Positions 1-5,675 of a DNA stretch of 5,675 bases are shown piece by piece. Each line of letters opens with the position of its first letter. Within the stretch, counting starts at the first letter, position 1. Location: contig CAJNOG010000282.1 of assembly GCA_905250045.1 (NCBI GenBank), positions 38,655 to 44,329 on the forward strand. Direction: 5' to 3'. The DNA is from Adineta steineri (lineage: Eukaryota). The position numbers and the translations under genes were made by a program. The notes under the pieces are model-generated. The model did no database searches, was not told the origin of the DNA, and saw only the letters and a list, made by a program, of their open reading frames with translations.

Positions 1-46
1 ATCAATTAATAGTATATTGTTTGATAAAGAAACATGTGTTTTCTAG
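1..46 (+). other. 3' end of an upstream intron of the kinase gene (donor outside window)
   Basis: ends ...GTGTTTTCTAG immediately before CGC ATT CCG (RIP...), the place where MAP2Ks have AVKRI. An in-frame TAG lies just upstream, so the coding sequence cannot simply continue. Confidence 0.75.
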
Positions 47-981
47 CGCATTCCGATTCTAGCAGGTAAAAATAGTCGTTTGTCGACATATGCTGAGTTA
101 TCAACAATGAAGATGATTGGTTCAGGTAATACTCCATACATCGTCGATTACTACTGTTCAATGATTGATCTTGTACGTATAGAATCTTTTTTTGCACGTA
201 TAAGTCTTTTACCATATTTTGTTTATTTAAAAGAACACGAGTATACTTTACATATGTATGGAATTAATGGCCACATCAGTAGCAACATTCTATCAAGCTA
301 TGCATCAGTTACCTGAACTTCCACCTGACAAGCTCGAGCTTTTCGTGCGACGTTGTGCTTATAATGTAAGACTATTATTATTAATTTATAATCAACTATA
401 TTTTTCTACATAGGTTACAAGAGGACTTGACTATTTGAAAAGTAAAAATATCGTTCATCGAGATATCAAACCGGTAAATATACTGATAAACAAAAATGGT
501 GAAGTTAAACTATGTGATTTTGGTATTTGTGGTAACTTAAGTGATACAGAACTGGATTTCGATGACTTTGTAGGTACTGCCATGTATTTACCACCTAAAC
601 CAGAAAAATGTGCTATTCAAGATGATATGTGGGCATTAGGTATCACTTTAATCGAAATTATTGAAGGAAAGCATCCATTCGATAGTTATAAGTCTGACGG
701 AGTAGACCCTATAACGGCAACATGGGAACCTAAGGTTCCAACGACAGTTTCAAACGATGCACGAGCATTTATTTTACAATTGTTAGTACTTTTAAACTTG
801 AAACATCATTTTATCACGGTAGTAAATTGCTTCAATATTTAGGTTGAAAAAAGAAGCTAATGAACGACCTCGATCATACATGGATATTATAAAGCATTCA
901 TTTGTTTGTAATATGACGGCAATACCATCAAGTGATGAAATAGATTTTATTCGACATGTTATCAATGAAACAAATAAATAA
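47..981 (+). CDS. MAP kinase kinase (MAP2K)-like dual-specificity protein kinase, 3' part of gene; join(47..172,234..365,414..781,843..981), 5' exons outside window
   Basis: Hand-spliced translation: [42 protein letters not shown]|[44 protein letters not shown]|[123 protein letters not shown]|[45 protein letters not shown]. It matches MAP2K landmarks: PYIV.(F/Y)YG/C, ICMELM.TS...[28 protein letters not shown] and the ERP...HPF-like subdomain XI. Reading frame is kept across all three complete introns, each with GT/AG ends. Confidence 0.9.
173..233 (+). other. spliceosomal intron, 61 nt, phase 0
   Basis: Donor GTACGT and acceptor TTTAAAAG. Removal joins ...CSMIDL to [12 protein letters not shown]... 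and corrects a reading-frame change visible in ORF 80..316. Confidence 0.85.
366..413 (+). other. spliceosomal intron, 48 nt, phase 0
   Basis: Donor GTAAGA and acceptor TTTTTCTACATAG. Removal joins LFVRRCAYN to [17 protein letters not shown]. Confidence 0.93.
782..842 (+). other. spliceosomal intron, 61 nt, phase 2
   Basis: Donor GTTAGT and acceptor AATATTTAG. Removal joins ...AFILQL to [20 protein letters not shown]. The C-terminus of ORF 435..842 ([18 protein letters not shown]) is translated intron. Confidence 0.9.
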
Positions 982-985
982 TAAA
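973..985 (+). terminator. candidate polyadenylation hexamers overlapping or adjacent to the kinase stop codon
   Basis: AATAAA at 973-978, directly before TAA 979-981, and AATAAA at 980-985. A further AATAAA in AAATAAATAAATA around 1182 is an alternative. Confidence 0.35.
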
Positions 986-2574
986 CTTCATTCCCTAATA
1001 CACATATATTGCACTAAACTATTTAATCTGGACAAAATTAGCTAGAATATTTCCTTTTTATTATTCGTTTGATTAAAATCAAGAAAAGACAAATAATATC
1101 ATATCTGATTCTTTTCCTTTTTTTGTTGTTACCATCACTTTGCACTATTTAAACTTCTTGAAAAGGAAGTTTTTTCATGTAAATAAATAAATACATTTTC
1201 ATTAACAGAGATGAAAGAACTTACTCAGAAAATATCTGAGTCGATTTTGTTGCATTCATACATACGAATTTAATTAGAAACATATATAATCGGGCAGGTC
1301 TTCGTCAAATAATAAACTAATCTTCAAAAACTCTGATATTGAGGATGGATGTGGTTCTGCTTCTTATACACTCCATATACATCTTGCTGAGTTACTTTTC
1401 ATATGCACTTGGATTTAATAGTGATGGGAAAATCGACTTTCAGTAGAAAGCTTTCTGCCGTTTGCACCGCGTTACTTGTTGTTATTCGCTAGTCATATAT
1501 ATTGTCATATTCTCAGCTCATCTTGTTGAAATTCAATAAAACTGATAACTACTGTCAGTATATGGCAGTGATTATTGCTGAACATAACGGAAGCTGACAA
1601 TGAAAATCAATGATTACAATAGATCAAATAGAATTTTAAAAAAGAATGTTACAGAAAGTCTTCTTCTTCTTTACAAGATATTCTAACAGTCCTGATCACT
1701 TAAAAAATTCATTATTCTCTCTTATGAGTAAAGCGAGATCAATCATTTTGTTTATTTTATAGAGGAAAACAATAAGTTTTCTTTTATATTGGTCAATTTT
1801 CTCAGTATTGCTCAAAAATATTATTGTTGACATCAATACAAAAGTTTATACGTTTTATAGTTTCCTTTATAATTAATTTAATTTCTCGAGTTATTCTATT
1901 GATGAAATCATCCAGATTTGTAAGATTGAAGATTCATGGTATTGATCCATCGCTTGCCATTCACGTGTCGGCGAAGACATTATTTAGTCAAGTACGGATT
2001 ACTGTTGAAAAGTGTGCGAGAGTGGTGACTGTGGATGAAATAGAATATTCGTACTACACACCCTCAGCCAATCAGGTTTCACTATTAGCTTTTGCTTAGT
2101 TTTTACTTTGCATGAACCATCATTTGTTGTTATTATCTAATGATCAAACAGATTTTTTCGTACTCGTCCGCTTCTGATAGTCGGCTTTTTGTGCTGTTGT
2201 ATTGATGAGTAAGCCTGTCCTTTAGCTTTTTAGTATATAAATCAACATCTCAGTATGTAGCAAGCAACTAGTCAAAACCTCAGCATTCTCTCAGCACCTA
2301 CTGATGACCTTCCCTTTGATTCTGGAAAAGTCTTCAATATCTGTTGAGGTACTGGTTAGGCGCTACAATATTTGGATACTGAAAGACGGCACTTACTCGC
2401 TTGTTTTTAGAGGTCAATCAGTTATTTTTGTGTCTTCCTCATGTGAATTGCAAGTTCTATAGAAAATAGTTTCATAGAAAAACTATAAATATTTGCATAT
2501 AGATATAACAATAATGTTGAATAACGAGAGAAAAGATGCCAATGGACAGTGAGGTATAGTGTGAGTAGCTAGGA

Positions 2575-2594
2575 CACACTTTTGAGAAAGTGTG
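2575..2594. repeat. short perfect hairpin: 8-bp stem CACACTTT / AAAGTGTG, 4-nt loop TGAG
   Basis: read directly: CACACTTT TGAG AAAGTGTG. Confidence 0.75.
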
Positions 2595-2613
2595 GTTTAT
2601 TTATTGTACCTGT

Positions 2614-2676
2614 GCATAACTGCGATATTTTTCGTCACAACTACATACAATTGCGGTATTTTCATCGCAGTTATGC
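2614..2676. repeat. 13-bp perfect inverted repeat GCATAACTGCGAT ... ATCGCAGTTATGC with a 37-nt spacer
   Basis: arms at 2614-2626 and 2664-2676. Confidence 0.8.
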
Positions 2677-3439
2677 GTAGCAGCGTCGCAGTTTTGCGCA
2701 ATTATTGGTCACAGTGCAAGCACAATGTGTTGCATTTTCATCGCAACGGAACTCATGTGTTCCGAAACAGAAGTATTCTTAGTTCTATGTTTATGCATAA
2801 TAAAAACTATCCTTAACTTACCTAGTAGTTGTAACTTAAACTGATCAATTTTTTTTTCATAACCCACGAACTTATCTACTATTGGTTTTCAATTAACACA
2901 TAATAAGTTATTATCATTAATACAAATCATCAGAGATATTTACAAGAATTTCCTTATAACTCATGAATTCGACTTTTTTTTGTATCTGTTTACATCATAT
3001 TTTGTTAGATTTTTGTATAAAAATAGTTGGTGTTATTTTAAAGTTGTGCTCGAGTGTGTGAATTGATATTGTTTTTGTTAGAGAAAAAGAGATGGTTTGT
3101 TTTCTAATTATCAATCAACTTTTCTTTTCAAAGCTATTGGAACAAAGTTAATGTGCGAAAAATAATGACCTTTTAAACGCTACAATTCGTACGCTTCCAG
3201 TACTGTAAAAATGAACTATAGGAAAGAAACTATTGATAGGCGTTAATTTCGTATTTTTGATTGCATGGATAGTGAGCAGTGTGCAGTATGCAATATTAAT
3301 TTATATTTAGTGTATTGGAGGAAAGGAAAAGAAACGATACTTTTTGTTATCAAATTTCTTATGCAATGTCTACATAATAGATATTGTCATATTGATAACG
3401 ATAGATAGTTGTTTTTGTCGATTAAAATCAAATTTCGCA

Positions 3440-3491
3440 TTTCCTCTTTCTTTTTCTCTCTCTCTTTGTCTTTCGTCCCTCTATATATATA
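3440..3491 (+). promoter_or_regulatory. candidate core promoter: pyrimidine-rich CT tract followed by TATA-like element
   Basis: TTTCCTCTTTCTTTTTCTCTCTCTCTTTGTCTTTCGTCCCTC followed by TATATATATA (3482-3491), about 90-98 nt upstream of the ATG at 3580. This leaves room for a short 5' UTR of about 60-70 nt. Confidence 0.5.
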
Positions 3492-3579
3492 GAGAGCAAT
3501 AGGTTATGTTTTTTTAAATTTGATAAATCATTTACTATTGTACACACCATTTGTTATACATTATAATATTAATATTAAA

Positions 3580-4170
3580 ATGAGTGACTCCTGTGCATAT
3601 GAATGTTATACTTGTGATGATTCCTCTGACGATGAAGAACCATGTCCACCACCACCACCACCACCACGTCCTAAAAAAATTAAAGTATGTAAAATATACA
3701 CAGTCTGCGAAGAACCAGAAACAACCGTCAGTGAGGAGTCGGAACCTCCAGCATGTTGCCCAAAACCGCCTAAGTGTCCACCGCCCTGCCCAAAACCACC
3801 TAAGTGTCCACCGCCTTGTCCAAAACCACCTAAATGTCCACCGCCTTGTCCAAAACCACCTAAGTGTCCACCGCCTTGTCCAAAACCACCTAAATGTCCA
3901 CCACCTTGTCCAAAACCACCTAAATGTCCGCCGCCTTGTCCAAAACCGCCTAAATGCTGTCCACCATCGCCATCGCCATCGCCGCCACCCTGTCCAATAC
4001 CTGTTCAACGCTGTCCACCATCGCCGCCGCCTTGCCCAAAACCGCCTAAATGCCCGCCGCCTTGTCCAAAGCCGCCTAAATGCTGTCCAACACCTGTATC
4101 ATGCTGTCCAAAACCCGTCGCATGTTGCCCAAAACCTGTTGTATGCTGTGTAAAAGTCTATAAGTGTTAG
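3580..4170 (+). CDS. Cysteine/proline/lysine-rich tandem-repeat protein, 196 aa, apparently single exon
   Basis: ATG at 3580 to TAG at 4168-4170. Translation: MSDSCAYECYTCDDSSDDEEPCPPPPPPPRPKKIKVCKIYTVCEEPETTVSEESEPPACCPKPPK(CPPPCPKPPK)x6 CCPPSPSPSPPPCPIPVQRCPPSPPPCPKPPK CPPPCPKPPK CCPTPVSCCPKPVACCPKPVVCCVKVYKC. Differences between repeat units are all synonymous third-position changes, which supports this frame over the overlapping frames. TATA-like element upstream, AATAAA downstream. Confidence 0.85.
   Translation: MSDSCAYECYTCDDSSDDEEPCPPPPPPPRPKKIKVCKIYTVCEEPETTVSEESEPPACCPKPPKCPPPCPKPPKCPPPCPKPPKCPPPCPKPPKCPPPCPKPPKCPPPCPKPPKCPPPCPKPPKCCPPSPSPSPPPCPIPVQRCPPSPPPCPKPPKCPPPCPKPPKCCPTPVSCCPKPVACCPKPVVCCVKVYKC
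3775..3954 (+). repeat. 30-bp tandem repeat, six perfect-peptide units (CPPPCPKPPK); a seventh isolated unit at 4051-4080
   Basis: units start at 3775, 3805, 3835, 3865, 3895 and 3925. Consensus TGTCCACCGCCTTGTCCAAAACCACCTAAR. Confidence 0.97.
4051..4080 (+). repeat. displaced seventh copy of the 30-bp repeat
   Basis: TGCCCGCCGCCTTGTCCAAAGCCGCCTAAA encodes CPPPCPKPPK, identical in peptide to units 1-6. Confidence 0.93.
4081..4164 (+). repeat. 21-bp tandem repeat, four units encoding CCPTPVS / CCPKPVA / CCPKPVV / CCVKVYK (last degenerate)
   Basis: units start at 4081, 4102, 4123 and 4144, each opening with TGYTGY. Confidence 0.9.
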
Positions 4171-4247
4171 TATCTGGTGCACAATCATGCAATTTTCTTC
4201 TATAACAACAAACAAGCATTTTTTCACGAACTCAAACAATAGAAACA

Positions 4248-4253
4248 AATAAA
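4248..4253 (+). terminator. polyadenylation signal AATAAA for the Cys/Pro repeat gene
   Basis: AATAAA about 78 nt after the stop codon; a second AATAAA lies further downstream near 4336. Confidence 0.55.
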
Positions 4254-5675
4254 TCTGAAAAAGTTATCTATCGTATTTGTATTGATTCGTAGATATAAGT
4301 TTTTTGTCAAAGAAAAATGCAATAGTTTTGATAAAATAAATATAAGATGATATTGAAGTAATATCAATGATTTAACTAGTGAAGAATTACATGATAAATC
4401 AAGTATGGTTTTCTTCATTATGAATTCGAAAACATGTCGTAGTAACAAGAAGACGAAGATAATATCTTCCGTTTATTCAAGGATTCTATAATGGAGAAGA
4501 AATATGTGTAGAAAAGGAGAACAAACAGCTAAGCAGAATGAAAGAGTAGATCAATATAGACATATGCATGTTTTTGTATGCCCATTGGCTGATGGAGATT
4601 ATGTAACGCTGTGACATTCATTATCAACTACTGAAAAACTTCCTCAAAGTATAGTTATAATCTCAATAGTATATTCTACAAAGACAGCTCTTGCTGCAAA
4701 GTCAAAGCTTAAAAAATTATATATATACTCATTAATTATACTTAAATAATTACGTTTGAGATTATGTAAAGGTGAACACATATATCGTTCATCGAAGTTG
4801 TTTAACATGAATAAGTTCAAATGAATATTGTGCAAATCGTAGTCATATTTAGGAGTATACTTTTAGGATATGTGATATGGAAGTGAACATAATAGTACTT
4901 GAAGAAGTTTTCTTAACCAATGATATTTGTTGAGTTTCAATAAAAATCTTACTCCAATGAATTTCATCGACTGCTTAAGAATGGAAAAAGTTCTAATAAT
5001 ATTTTCAAAACATTTCTTTTTGTATATACTTGTCCGATTGTTTTGTTACGCAAATCTATATCTTTTTTCATTTATTTTGTAGCATTTATAACCAAACAAA
5101 TACAACATACTTGAAAAACATCAAATAAAGAAATCTTCGGAATACTTCTTTGAAAAATTAGAACAAAAAAGAAATAGATTTATTATATATTTTTTGTCTA
5201 CATAATAACCAATAACAATAACACAATAGAAGGTACTTCATAGAAGAATGTGTGGGACTATCATACAATGTCTTTTTCTTGGTAATAATATAATTAGAAC
5301 TTAAGAATTAAAAAAATGCAATATATGTAATGACATCCTTGATGTTTTGAAAAGTTCTAACCGTAGTATTTCGAATGTGTTTTGCAAGCATTAACATCAG
5401 AGTTTTTTTTTCGATTGTTAGTAGCAGACTGATGTAAGACATTTTCTAAATTATATTTTGTTCATACGTGTCTGATAAGAAACAAGATAATATGTGATAA
5501 TGAAAATTATTATCAATAATTATTTTAAAACGATTATTCTGCTTGTTTCTAGTCATAAAAAAACGAAAACTTATTTTTCTGTTTGTATTTTTTGCTTGTT
5601 GATTGGGTATTCAAAATGCTGAAAATAGATGTCAATGTATCTATGTGCGTATTGATTGGCATAGTGAAAAATTTT

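Noticed and set aside
6-215. 69-aa ORF overlapping the kinase exon
   Set aside because: Out of frame with the well-supported MAP2K coding sequence.
1151-1180. Hairpin AAACTTC...GAAGTTT followed by T-run, resembling a rho-independent terminator
   Set aside because: The window is clearly eukaryotic (spliceosomal introns); the stem is only 7 bp in AT-rich DNA.
1824-2099. 91-aa plus-strand ORF
   Set aside because: Non-ATG start, AT-rich hydrophobic start, no recognisable motif; could be an exon of something but cannot be supported.
2592-2816. 74-aa ORF with Cys and hydrophobic N-terminus resembling a signal peptide
   Set aside because: Non-ATG start, overlaps the degenerate repeat cluster, no family resemblance; likely chance.
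3520-3579. N-terminal extension MINHLLLYTPFVIHYNINIK of ORF 3520..4170
   Set aside because: Starts on a non-ATG codon; the first ATG in frame is at 3580 and the extension looks like AT-rich 5' UTR.
3535-4008. 157-aa minus-strand ORF (Trp/Arg-rich FWTRRWTLRW repeats)
   Set aside because: Antisense shadow of the same Pro-rich repeat; the composition is an artefact and no promoter or homology supports it.
3775-4080. Regular 30-bp repeats as a possible CRISPR-like array
   Set aside because: Units are directly adjacent without spacers and encode a conserved peptide; this is a protein-coding tandem repeat.
3584-4153. 189-aa plus-strand ORF overlapping the Cys/Pro gene (VHRLVQNHLN repeats)
   Set aside because: Shadow frame of a 30-bp (multiple of 3) repeat. 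Unit variation is synonymous only in the 3580 frame, and it sits inside that gene.
4224-4448. 74-aa minus-strand ORF
   Set aside because: Low-complexity AT-rich translation lying antisense to the 3' UTR/poly(A) region of the Cys/Pro gene.
4504-4614. 36-aa ORF MCRKGEQTAKQNERVDQYRHMHVFVCPLADGDYVTL
   Set aside because: Composition looks somewhat protein-like, but it is very short with no homology I recognise and no convincing exon context.
4644-4835. 63-aa minus-strand ORF
   Set aside because: AT-rich chance ORF with no motif.
5394-5435. ACATCAG ... CTGATGT inverted repeat around a T-run
   Set aside because: 7 bp with a 28-nt spacer is expected by chance in a window this size.

Overview
AT-rich window with short spliceosomal introns (48-61 nt), so it is eukaryotic and probably from a compact-intron metazoan; the exact lineage cannot be fixed from the sequence. 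Two protein-coding loci are supported. (1) 47..981 (+): the 3' part of a MAP-kinase-kinase-like (MAP2K) gene in four exons (47-172, 234-365, 414-781, 843-981). The six-frame track shows only broken fragments of it. Spliced by hand it gives about 254 aa containing [14 protein letters not shown] and DFG, with an unusual activation segment: acidic residues near the usual second phosphosite and PPK instead of APE. (2) 3580..4170 (+): a probably intronless gene for a 196-aa Cys/Pro/Lys repeat protein with no evident signal peptide. It has an acidic Ser/Asp/Glu N-terminus, seven identical CPPPCPKPPK decapeptides whose DNA copies differ only at synonymous sites, and a C-terminal CCPxPVx heptad array ending in C. 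A TATA-like element and pyrimidine tract lie upstream, and AATAAA lies downstream. The remaining ~4 kb has no feature I can support beyond small inverted or degenerate repeats. The Cys/Pro repeat protein is the best candidate for something undescribed. No CRISPR, RNA gene, mobile-element ORF or bacterial-type system was recognised.
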